From: Bacteroidales bacterium
Lineage (GTDB): Bacteria > Bacteroidota > Bacteroidia > Bacteroidales > FEN-979
NCBI GenBank assembly: GCA_023231005.1
Contig: JALNWG010000014.1
Span: 9,007 to 73,006 of the forward strand
Length of the DNA stretch: 64,000 nucleotides
Reading direction: 5' to 3'
In this document: positions 18,696-27,320 of the stretch, piece by piece
Layout of the letters: each line of letters starts with the position of its first letter
Position numbering within the stretch: position 1 is the stretch's first letter
Position numbers and translations under genes: made by a program
Notes under the pieces: model-generated
The model's database searches: none
The model's input: the letters and a program-made list of their open reading frames with translations, nothing else
What the model was told of the DNA's origin: nothing

Positions 18696-19448
18696 TTAGT
18701 CGCGGAGGTCTTTACCTGTAAGGTGTAAAAATATATTTTCAAGATTTTTAAATTCAGTATGATCTCCTAATAAATCTTTGGGATTCCCCAAAGAAATAAT
18801 ATTGCCACGATCTACGATGGCGACACGTGAACATAGATTTTCAGCCTCTTCCATATAGTGTGAGGTATAAATAATCGTAGTGCCGAGCTTATTGATTTCA
18901 TTCAGATAATCAAGGATCACTATTCTCGATTGTACATCAATTCCAACGGTGGGTTCATCCAGAAAAAGGACCTTAGGCTTATGTAAAAGACCAGCAATCA
19001 AATTAACCCGCCGCTTCATCCCTCCGGAATATGTAGTAATTTGGTTTTTGGCGACTTTTTCCAGTCCAAACACTTTCAAACAGTCATGGATCCGGTCGCG
19101 AAGTAAAGTTCCCCTAAGGCCATACATATTTCCAAAAAATGTAAGATTCTCAAGGGCAGAAAGGGTAGGATAGAGTGCAAGATCTTGGGGGACAACTCCA
19201 ATGATATGTTTAATTTTATCAAGATCTGAATGGATATCCCATCCATCAATAGTCACCTTTCCTTGGGTAGGAGGGAAGAGTCCACATAAAATGGAGATGG
19301 CTGTTGTCTTTCCTGCGCCATTGGGGCCAAGCAATCCGAAAATTTCATTACAAAAAATATCCAGTGAAATGGATTTGATTGCCGGTTCATCGTTTCCTTT
19401 ATATGTTTTTGATAAATCCCTGATTTTAATAATTGGCTGATCGGACAT
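18696..19448 (-). CDS. ABC transporter ATP-binding protein
   Basis: Walker A GPNGAGKTT, signature YSGGMKRR, Walker B VLFLDEPT. Confidence 0.95.
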   Translation of the reverse strand: MSDQPIIKIRDLSKTYKGNDEPAIKSISLDIFCNEIFGLLGPNGAGKTTAISILCGLFPPTQGKVTIDGWDIHSDLDKIKHIIGVVPQDLALYPTLSALENLTFFGNMYGLRGTLLRDRIHDCLKVFGLEKVAKNQITTYSGGMKRRVNLIAGLLHKPKVLFLDEPTVGIDVQSRIVILDYLNEINKLGTTIIYTSHYMEEAENLCSRVAIVDRGNIISLGNPKDLLGDHTEFKNLENIFLHLTGKDLRD

Positions 19449-20468
19449 CTAAATTTTGATTTTATCTAATTTCCTGTACACTTTTTCCTCCATTTCTGCA
19501 ATTTCAAACAGCCTATTTCCCAACATCCCATAATCTTCCTGGGGGGCAGCGCGGTTCTTACAGTTTTTAGCTCCTATATAAGTAAACTCCCGCCACTGAT
19601 TAGCCGTTTTTCCCATCATATCTGAAGCTTCCAATAATTCACTATTATTCAACAGTTCCCCAGATTCTTTAAGAAATGCACCATAGATGTAACGGAAACC
19701 AGCTCCTCCGGTACCAAAATCCTCTGCCATACGGAGAATTTGTCCAAGATAAAAAGAAGCTTTGTCATTACCATGTTTACGAGGCCATTTTTTAAGATCA
19801 CGCGACAACCAACGTAATCCCTTTACACCGATTAACGGGAAAGGAATTTTAATCATCTCGTACACCGTCTTTTTAATCCCGGCAGCGATGGCTGATTTCA
19901 TATCCAATTCTTTGGGGACGTTATTGATCCAATACATTTTTCCATTGGGTGCAAAGGGACCTTTAGCATATCTGACCCTCAGCAGATCTTCGTATGAAAG
20001 TACCTGAGTATCTTCCATCACGGTATCACTAATATGGTAAAGATTTCCTTCCTTACCGAAACAAACAAAATTATGCATATTGTAATGCATCCTGTATTCG
20101 GGAGGAAAAAAAGTGATGTTAAAAGTCCCGACCTGCATTCCGGTAGGGATCCCTCTTTCAAGGTTACGGTCAAGCGCCAGCATGGACTCTTTTGGATCCC
20201 TGATTTTTTTTACCACGGTAGCATCGATATTCAGATACTTAGCGGAACGGTGGAAAACCACATTGGGTAGATTCCGGAAAGATATCATTGGAGCATACTG
20301 AACTTTTAAAAAAGGTATATAGCTAAAATACAAACCATTTCCAATCCCAAATGCCATTGGTTCTGATAAATCATGACCATAAAAGTTCAGTAAATTAGAA
20401 GTAGCGCCACTCTCGCAATGCCCAGCCTGCCTGTGAGTATAATTGAGTATAATTTTATTGGTTTCCAT
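19449..20468 (-). CDS. BtrH N-terminal-domain / DUF4872-like protein (papain-like Cys fold), copy 1
   Basis: HRQAGHCESGATSNLL near the N-terminus. ~55% identical by eye to 20927-21928. Confidence 0.65.
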   Translation of the reverse strand: METNKIILNYTHRQAGHCESGATSNLLNFYGHDLSEPMAFGIGNGLYFSYIPFLKVQYAPMISFRNLPNVVFHRSAKYLNIDATVVKKIRDPKESMLALDRNLERGIPTGMQVGTFNITFFPPEYRMHYNMHNFVCFGKEGNLYHISDTVMEDTQVLSYEDLLRVRYAKGPFAPNGKMYWINNVPKELDMKSAIAAGIKKTVYEMIKIPFPLIGVKGLRWLSRDLKKWPRKHGNDKASFYLGQILRMAEDFGTGGAGFRYIYGAFLKESGELLNNSELLEASDMMGKTANQWREFTYIGAKNCKNRAAPQEDYGMLGNRLFEIAEMEEKVYRKLDKIKI

Positions 20469-20482
20469 AGAATTTGGTTGAA

Positions 20483-20878
20483 TTATTCAACTTTGGTTAA
20501 TTTGTTAACCCCAATGTTGAAGGCATCGGCATATTTCTGCAAAATTTTTCTGTTCAATCGTTTAAACATAAATGGTTTAAAATGAAGTTTCACCCGCCAG
20601 ATCGAAATTCCAGTCAACATAGACAAGGAAAGTGGGTCCATCAGATTTTTTTCCATATAATAAACAATCGGACTGACTTTCCCAATAATTACTTTTTGTC
20701 TGGCATTTTCGATTCGGTCATTAAAAACATCCCAGGCTTGCTGTAAAATGACACGATCCGGTTCTCCATGGAACCCAACGGTTTTCTTGAATTTCCCGTT
20801 TTCATCATAAGAATAAAGTAATTCCCTTGATTTCCCGTGTCGTTGGTCTTTGTAAACAGGATTAGTAGGATCGTCCAT
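20483..20878 (-). CDS. small protein with XRE-type HTH-like C-terminal half, copy 1
   Basis: The C-terminal half has the helix / turn / helix spacing of Cro/C1 HTH domains (GKVSPIVYYMEKNLMDPLSLSMLTGISIWRVKLHFKP..ILQKYADAFNIGVNKL). Paralog of 21952-22335. Confidence 0.5.
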   Translation of the reverse strand: MDDPTNPVYKDQRHGKSRELLYSYDENGKFKKTVGFHGEPDRVILQQAWDVFNDRIENARQKVIIGKVSPIVYYMEKNLMDPLSLSMLTGISIWRVKLHFKPFMFKRLNRKILQKYADAFNIGVNKLTKVE

Positions 20879-20926
20879 TTCTGTTTGTTTTTTGCAAGAA
20901 AACCTTTCGGCGCGAAAGTAGAAATA

Positions 20927-21928
20927 TTATTTGATTTTGGCCAATTTCCGAAAAATCTTCTCTTCTCTATCGGCACATTCTAATAACATATCTGCTAAAT
21001 AATCATACGATTGTTCTGGTTTCCCTCTTTTTTTACAATGCCGGGAGCCCAGATAAGAAAAATCGCGCCATTTATTGGCATTTTCTCCCATTTCAAGAGA
21101 CATTTCCTTAAGCCAATCCTGGTTTAATACCCGTGATGCTTCATCTAGAAAAGCGCCATAGATAAATCGGAATCCTGCTCCAGCTGTACCGACCTCTTCC
21201 TCCATTCGTAATACCTGACCTAAATAGTAAGAAGCTTTCTCAGGACCAAGGTTTTTTTCCCATTTCCGCATTCTCTTTGAGAGATACCGGATTCCTTTGA
21301 CTCCGACAAGTGGAAAAGGGATTCCGATCATATTGTTGGCCGTTTTATTGATTCCTTTAATAATAGCAGGTTTTAGATCAATGTATGAGGGGACATACGT
21401 AGGATAATACATACGGCCCTGAGGAGCAAATGTCCCTTTAGCAAAACGAACCCGCATCAGATCGTTATAACTGATTTCGACCGGATTTTCCATCAAAGTA
21501 TCGCTGATAAAATATGTTCCGTTGTCATGACCATACACTACCATATTGTGCATGTTATAATGCATCCTGTATTCCGGAGGAAAAAATGGAAGATGGAAAG
21601 TGCCTACTTGTAACCCGACAGGGAATCCCTTGTCGAGCACTTCATTCAGTTTATCCATTGATTCTTTAGGATTGCGGAAACGGTGAATTTCGGCTTTCAC
21701 CCCAAGTACTTTCGTAGTCATGTCAAAAACCATCCCGGGCCAGACACGGAAAGAAGTGGTAGGAGCATGTTGCATTTTCATAAATGGCAAATAGCTAAAG
21801 AACAACCCGGCTCCGATACCAAAAACCATGGGTTCGCTGATCTTATACTTATAATAATTTAAAAGATTGGATGTTACTCCACTTTCACAATGCCCTGCCT
21901 GCCGATGCTCATAATCTAATTTTATCAT
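20927..21928 (-). CDS. BtrH N-terminal-domain / DUF4872-like protein, copy 2
   Basis: HRQAGHCESGVTSNLL. Shares PPEYRMHYNMHN and GAGFRxIYGAFL blocks with copy 1. Confidence 0.65.
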   Translation of the reverse strand: MIKLDYEHRQAGHCESGVTSNLLNYYKYKISEPMVFGIGAGLFFSYLPFMKMQHAPTTSFRVWPGMVFDMTTKVLGVKAEIHRFRNPKESMDKLNEVLDKGFPVGLQVGTFHLPFFPPEYRMHYNMHNMVVYGHDNGTYFISDTLMENPVEISYNDLMRVRFAKGTFAPQGRMYYPTYVPSYIDLKPAIIKGINKTANNMIGIPFPLVGVKGIRYLSKRMRKWEKNLGPEKASYYLGQVLRMEEEVGTAGAGFRFIYGAFLDEASRVLNQDWLKEMSLEMGENANKWRDFSYLGSRHCKKRGKPEQSYDYLADMLLECADREEKIFRKLAKIK

Positions 21929-21951
21929 CTAGTAGTTTTCTGTATGTATGT

Positions 21952-22335
21952 TTAAAAAATCGGGTTTTTCAATTCCTCAACTGGTATGTTAAAAATGGAA
22001 GCATATTTTTTAAGGAGTTCAGGTTTCAGCTTATTGAACCCTTTTGGTTTTAAATGATGCTTGACCCGCCATGACCAAATCTCCATATAAGCCGCCAGCA
22101 TGGGCACTTCCATGAGGGCTTTCTCCATATAATATGCAATCGGACTAAGTTTTCCATTGATGATCTGCTGCTTAACCTGTTCCAAACGTTGTTCAGCGGC
22201 ATCCCAGCTTTGCTTGATAATTGTTTGATTTTCGACAACTTGATAATCAACCTTCTGGGTATATCCCTTTTCCTTATCGAAATAATAAAAAAGTTCCCGG
22301 TTATATTTATAAATTGGATCTTCGTTTGTTTCCAT
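21952..22335 (-). CDS. small protein with XRE-type HTH-like C-terminal half, copy 2
   Basis: GKLSPIAYYMEKALMEVPMLAAYMEIWSWRVKHHLKP..LLKKYASIFNIPVEEL. Paralog of 20483-20878. Confidence 0.5.
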   Translation of the reverse strand: METNEDPIYKYNRELFYYFDKEKGYTQKVDYQVVENQTIIKQSWDAAEQRLEQVKQQIINGKLSPIAYYMEKALMEVPMLAAYMEIWSWRVKHHLKPKGFNKLKPELLKKYASIFNIPVEELKNPIF

Positions 22336-22340
22336 ATAGA

Positions 22341-22754
22341 TTACTTGTCTAACAGAAATATTTTCAATTCACAAGAAGCAATGATTTTCTGATCAATAGA
22401 AATCGTTCCTTCCACGACAGTAGCATCAAAAATTTCATGTGTTACCGTAACAGATGTCCTGATTTCTTGTCCTACAGCCGGAAATGAATTTATTTTGAGG
22501 TTTCTTATCCCTCCAATGAAACCCATCGGAGGGTTTTTTCCTGTATGTCCTGGCTTTGACCCTACGCCGGCAGCGGCTGTTTGTGCCATATTCTCAATCA
22601 AACCAGGTTCACGGAAAAGTCCATTCTCAAGAAAAACATTTTCAGGACAAATATGAAATGACGTAACAGTTGTTTTTCCGGAGATGTCGATCACCTTATC
22701 AACCATTACCATCGGTGGTTTTTGAGGGATATTTATTTTTTCAAATGATGCCAT
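22341..22754 (-). CDS. hotdog-fold dehydratase (aryl-polyene cluster type)
   Basis: IPQKPPMVMVDKV resembles the LPHRxPxLLVD opening of FabZ-like dehydratases. ~137 aa. Confidence 0.6.
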   Translation of the reverse strand: MASFEKINIPQKPPMVMVDKVIDISGKTTVTSFHICPENVFLENGLFREPGLIENMAQTAAAGVGSKPGHTGKNPPMGFIGGIRNLKINSFPAVGQEIRTSVTVTHEIFDATVVEGTISIDQKIIASCELKIFLLDK

Positions 22755-24091
22755 AGAGATCCTTTTCTTTTTCTTTTCCGCATCCGGTTCATCGCCGTAG
22801 CTACATCTTCATCAGGAAAAACCCACCGGCGCCCGGTATTATCAGCACGTTCCTTTAAAGTGTTGTAATTAATTTCCGGTGCAATATAATAGACAGGTTC
22901 GAGAAGATCATCTTCGGGGTGAACGATTCCTTCTGCCAAGGCCAGTTTATGCAACTCTGTTCCAGGGTATATACGCATTCCTACAAAAGGGAAGAAAACC
23001 GTATTTCCAATCCGCTTGGAATTCTCAAAGCTTTCGTTGATGGTTGATTCAGTTTCACCATATCCTCCAATAATCATAAAATGACAAAAGTAAATGCCAA
23101 CCTGATTACAAAAGTCTGAAACTTTTACAACTTCTTCGACATTGAAATGTTTTCCATAATGCTTTAAGGTAGTATCAGAAAGTGATTCAGTTCCGAATTC
23201 TATATGAGTCAAGCCTGCGTCAGCATATAATTTTAAATCTTCCAGTGAAAGGTTATATGGTGCAAAATAAGCGCCCCAGTGAATTGGAAGTTTTGAATCG
23301 ATGATTTTCCTTGCCAGTTCTCTGTTGAACGGGTTACTAATATTGAAAATCGAATCGGTAAAAAACACATAATTGATCTGATGGTTGTAATAGAGATCAG
23401 ACAAGGTGTGCAGAATTTTATCAGAATCCAAAGTCCTGACCTGCTGACCTTCAATAAGCGGATAGGTACAATAGATGCAATGGTATGGGCAGCCTCTTTT
23501 TGTTTGAACATTGACCATACCTGCTTTATCCCAGTAAAAGCGTATCAGATTGTTATCAAACTCCAGGTCGGGCTGGTGAATAAAATGATTTCTATTATTG
23601 ACAACTACTTCGCTATCTTTCCGGTAAACCAGACCATCAATGTGCAAGTCAGCTGCACCATTATCTAAGGAAACCAGTAATTGGTAAAAACTCTCTTCTC
23701 CTTCTCCGCGAATACCGAAATCCGGTTGAAAAAATGAGAACAACTCCCGGGGATAGATCGAAAATGCAGATCCACCGATAATAACCGGAACGATAGTCGT
23801 TTCCCGGATGGCATCCAAAATACTTTTATAGCCTTTGATAAAACTCTCCTGACTGTAAAAATTTACGTCATCAATATTACGGAACGACAAGCCAATATAA
23901 TCGGGCAGGAATTCTGTTAGATAAGATTTGAAAGATTCAATAGAATTCAGGTTAAAATCAAAGATATGGATCTGATATGCGGGCAATCGTTTTTGAAGAT
24001 ACGTACACAGGTAAGATACACCCAATGGATATACGGGGTACGGATTAACATATCGGTTGGCAGAAACGAAGAGTAATTTTTTTTCATTCAT
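22733..24091 (-). CDS. B12-binding-domain radical SAM protein (lipid-biosynthesis type)
   Basis: CxxxCxxC in KRGCPYHCIYCTY. N-terminal B12-binding-like region (PDYIGLSFRN..VIIGGSA). Confidence 0.8.
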   Translation of the reverse strand: MNEKKLLFVSANRYVNPYPVYPLGVSYLCTYLQKRLPAYQIHIFDFNLNSIESFKSYLTEFLPDYIGLSFRNIDDVNFYSQESFIKGYKSILDAIRETTIVPVIIGGSAFSIYPRELFSFFQPDFGIRGEGEESFYQLLVSLDNGAADLHIDGLVYRKDSEVVVNNRNHFIHQPDLEFDNNLIRFYWDKAGMVNVQTKRGCPYHCIYCTYPLIEGQQVRTLDSDKILHTLSDLYYNHQINYVFFTDSIFNISNPFNRELARKIIDSKLPIHWGAYFAPYNLSLEDLKLYADAGLTHIEFGTESLSDTTLKHYGKHFNVEEVVKVSDFCNQVGIYFCHFMIIGGYGETESTINESFENSKRIGNTVFFPFVGMRIYPGTELHKLALAEGIVHPEDDLLEPVYYIAPEINYNTLKERADNTGRRWVFPDEDVATAMNRMRKRKRKGSLWHHLKK

Positions 24092-24092
24092 A

Positions 24093-25013
24093 TCAGTTCA
24101 GCCCTTCCTTTTTCATTAATCCTACTTCCGGGAGTTTCCAAAAATCATAATAATTGAACCATTGAAGTGGATATTTGGTGATTATTTCTTCTAATTTTCC
24201 AACAAATATTTTGATTGCATTTCCCAAAAGGAGATCGCGTTGTTGAAGGTTTCGCGAATAAGGAATATGTAAAAGAGGGGTTGCATAAAAATGATAATGA
24301 CTCTTTGTTTCTTTTATGGCAAATACATAAGAGACGGGAACGTTAAATTTCGCAGCCATATTTACAGGGCCTAATGGAAAAGCGGCTAACTTTCCTAAAA
24401 AGGGGAGATTGACCGTTTTATTACCTTCCATAAAGCGGTCACCATGCATTGCAACGATCTCTTTATTCGACAGTGCTTGCTTTACTTCCAACAGATGTGA
24501 ATAGTCATCACGGATCACAATGAAGTGGACATTCCTGTTTGTCATTACATCCGAAAGGTATCTCTTGATTTGTTGATGTTCTGCATCAAATACAATGATA
24601 TTGATCTTCTTTTCCAACCGGTTCAGTAATTGCCCGGCGATTTCCCAATTCCCAAGATGAGCGCTGATTAATAATCCGCCATTATCCATTTTCCGAAGAA
24701 ACTCTTCTCCTTCAAAATTAAAAGTAAGATTTGCCTGGAAGTCGGACAACATAGCAATTTTATCGATTAAAATCTGCCCAAAAAGGTAATAATTACGATA
24801 AATGCTAATGATTGATTTCAAAGGCCCATATTTCTGCATTTTATTAAAATAAGTATAAAGGGCATGAAAGGCCTTACCAGAAGCAAAAAGAAAATAAAAA
24901 ACGACGAAATACAGCAGAAAATATGCAAAAGAAATCCCCAAATGTTTGAGAGACCAAACAAAAATCTTATATCCCAGAACCCCTCCACGGGTTTTGCCTT
25001 CCCATGATGACAT
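24093..25013 (-). CDS. LpxL/HtrB-like lysophospholipid (lipid A-type) acyltransferase
   Basis: HLGNWE catalytic motif. N-terminal membrane helices. Confidence 0.8.
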   Translation of the reverse strand: MSSWEGKTRGGVLGYKIFVWSLKHLGISFAYFLLYFVVFYFLFASGKAFHALYTYFNKMQKYGPLKSIISIYRNYYLFGQILIDKIAMLSDFQANLTFNFEGEEFLRKMDNGGLLISAHLGNWEIAGQLLNRLEKKINIIVFDAEHQQIKRYLSDVMTNRNVHFIVIRDDYSHLLEVKQALSNKEIVAMHGDRFMEGNKTVNLPFLGKLAAFPLGPVNMAAKFNVPVSYVFAIKETKSHYHFYATPLLHIPYSRNLQQRDLLLGNAIKIFVGKLEEIITKYPLQWFNYYDFWKLPEVGLMKKEGLN

Positions 25014-25019
25014 TAATTA

Positions 25020-25268
25020 TTAATTTGGATGAAAACGATTGATTACGTAATTATAAAAGTCCTGCAAGGTTTTTACATCGGCCATCTCTTCGGCTTTCAT
25101 TTTAAAGCCAAAGTTATTTTCAATGATAACGAACAAATCGACAAAGTCGAGGCTGTCGATACCAAGATCCTTTTTTAGATCGGCAGAGGGAGTAATCTGA
25201 GTACCATCAATTTCTATTTCATCGATCAGGAGTTGGTTTATCTTCCTGATAATCTCATTGTTTTGCAT
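25020..25268 (-). CDS. acyl carrier protein
   Basis: LGIDSLDFVDL motif. Start trimmed to the ATG at 25268 (MQNNEII). The longer ORF-track version overlaps the upstream KS. Confidence 0.85.
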   Translation of the reverse strand: MQNNEIIRKINQLLIDEIEIDGTQITPSADLKKDLGIDSLDFVDLFVIIENNFGFKMKAEEMADVKTLQDFYNYVINRFHPN

Positions 25269-25320
25269 CCTTGTTGGAATTACGAGGCAAAAATAAGATT
25301 TTTTTTCAAAGAAACCAGTA

Positions 25321-26535
25321 TCAAACTCTATGAATGATAAGGGAGGAGTTGGTACCGCCAAAGCCGAAGGAGTTGGAAAGGAAGGTACGGATTTCGGCAG
25401 GGGTAGTTTGAGTAACAATATTCAGGTGGGCAGAGGATTCGTCGGGATGTTCGAGGTTGATGTTGGGCGCAATAAAAGAATGGTTCATCATTAAGGTGGA
25501 GTAAATAATCTCACTCGCGCCGCCCATCCACATCTCATGACCTGTCATGGATTTGGTACTGCTGATAAAAGGTCTGGATTGATTAAAAATCAAGTCAATT
25601 GATTTGGCTTCATTGCTGTCGCCTGCAAGTGTTGAAGTTGCGTGGGCATTGATATAATCGATATCAGAGGGTTTAATTCCGGCATCCAGGATGGCCTTTT
25701 GCATAGCTTTGACGGGACCCGCTACATTTGGCATAGAAATATGTTCTCCATTGGAAGAGAAGCCATAGCCAATGATTTCCCCATAAATGGTTGCACCCCG
25801 TTGTATGGCAGAGTCATAACTTTCAAGGATCAGAGAAGCTGCTCCGCCACTGGGCACCAAACCATCACGGTCACGGTCAAAAGGCCGGGAGGCTTTAGTC
25901 GGTTCTGATTCACGGATTGAGAAGGCATTCAATGCATCAAAGCTGGCCGTAGATTCTGGATTAATTTCCTGAGCGCCACCGCAAATAATGATATCTTGCA
26001 AGCCTTGTTTGATCAACAGATAACCAATTCCAAGAGCATGTGAACCACTGGCACAAGCCCCACTGATTGTAAAATTGACTCCTTTTAACCGAAAAATTAC
26101 AGAAAGGTTCATTGAAACTGTAGAATTCATCGACTGGAAGATATATCCTGAGCCGATCATCATGGTGTCTTTCTTTTCACGAAGAATATCGATGGATTCA
26201 ACAACAGGGACTGCAGAACTATCGTTTCCATAAAGAATTCCAACTTCATGGGCATCAAGAAAAGGTTGGTCGATTCCGGCGTTTTTCAGGGCTTCCAAGG
26301 TGGCAATGTAGGCATATTCTCCCTGAACTGGTAACCCAACGCGCATTCGACGATCCAAAATTCCTTTAAGTTGAGGTTTGTCGACCATTCCTGTAAGAGC
26401 AGAACGAAAACCCATTTCTTTCCTGATGGGGTCAAAGATAATACCCGATTTGCCCGCATAAAGAGATTCTTTCACTTCGGCGAGATTTTTTCCAATCACC
26501 GAATAGATTCCCATACCTGTAATTACAACGCGCAT
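25321..26535 (-). CDS. beta-ketoacyl-ACP synthase (FabB/FabF-like)
   Basis: SGACASGSHALG active-site Cys, AHATST, GHEMWMGGA, SNSFGFGGTN. Confidence 0.9.
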   Translation of the reverse strand: MRVVITGMGIYSVIGKNLAEVKESLYAGKSGIIFDPIRKEMGFRSALTGMVDKPQLKGILDRRMRVGLPVQGEYAYIATLEALKNAGIDQPFLDAHEVGILYGNDSSAVPVVESIDILREKKDTMMIGSGYIFQSMNSTVSMNLSVIFRLKGVNFTISGACASGSHALGIGYLLIKQGLQDIIICGGAQEINPESTASFDALNAFSIRESEPTKASRPFDRDRDGLVPSGGAASLILESYDSAIQRGATIYGEIIGYGFSSNGEHISMPNVAGPVKAMQKAILDAGIKPSDIDYINAHATSTLAGDSNEAKSIDLIFNQSRPFISSTKSMTGHEMWMGGASEIIYSTLMMNHSFIAPNINLEHPDESSAHLNIVTQTTPAEIRTFLSNSFGFGGTNSSLIIHRV

Positions 26536-26561
26536 AATTTAAAATTAGCGAAATGGTGAAA

Positions 26562-27290
26562 TTAGGTATATAATCCTCCGTTTACATTAATCACTGTTCC
26601 AGTCACATAAGATGCTTTTTCAGAGGCCAGGAAAGCGACGGCTTCGGCTACTTCTTCTGGTTTTCCAAATCGGCCCATTGGAATCATAACCTTAAGTTGT
26701 GTTTCGTCCAGATCCTTAGTCATATCAGTCCTGATAAACCCAGGTGCAACAGCATTTACGGTGACATTCTTTTTCGCGACTTCCTGAGCAAGGGCTTTAG
26801 TAGCACCGATAACACCAGCTTTCGCGGCTGAATAATTTGCCTGACCTGGTAACCCTTTTAATCCGGAAAGGGATACAATATTGATGATCCGTCCCATTTT
26901 TTTTATCAACATCTCCTTTATTAAAAATCGGGTGATGTAAAAAAAACTGTTCAGGTTTGTATTCAATACGTCATTCCATTCTTCATTTTTCATCCACATG
27001 ATCAAAGCATCCCGCCGTATTCCGGCATTATTAACCAGAACTTCGATATATTCTCCTTCATGACGAGTTTGCCAATTTCCCAATTGTTGTTCAATTTGTT
27101 GTTGATCAGAAACATCAAATTTCATGATTTCCCCGTCACTCCCATGTTCCCTGACCATTTGCAATGTGTTTTCCGCTTCTATTTGATTGGAGTAATAGTT
27201 GATCAAAAGGTAAAAGCCCATGTCGGCAAGACGAAGTGAGATTGCTCTTCCGATTCCCCGTGATCCACCTGTTACCAGTGCGTATTTCAT
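26562..27290 (-). CDS. fabG: 3-oxoacyl-ACP reductase (SDR)
   Basis: TGGSRGIGRA cofactor motif, NNAG, and YSAAK catalytic Tyr-x3-Lys. Confidence 0.85.
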   Translation of the reverse strand: MKYALVTGGSRGIGRAISLRLADMGFYLLINYYSNQIEAENTLQMVREHGSDGEIMKFDVSDQQQIEQQLGNWQTRHEGEYIEVLVNNAGIRRDALIMWMKNEEWNDVLNTNLNSFFYITRFLIKEMLIKKMGRIINIVSLSGLKGLPGQANYSAAKAGVIGATKALAQEVAKKNVTVNAVAPGFIRTDMTKDLDETQLKVMIPMGRFGKPEEVAEAVAFLASEKASYVTGTVINVNGGLYT

Positions 27291-27320
27291 AGGTATTTTA
27301 TCTGTGGGATAATAAAGTCA

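Noticed and set aside
25269-25418. Long N-terminal extensions of ORF-track entries: ACP 25020-25418, 2286-3398, 8170-8880, 29426-32092, 40929-43517 and 45599-46813
   Set aside because: The extensions overlap the preceding genes. Internal ATGs give proper ACP, Rossmann or signal-peptide N-termini and place starts 1-5 nt from the upstream stops.
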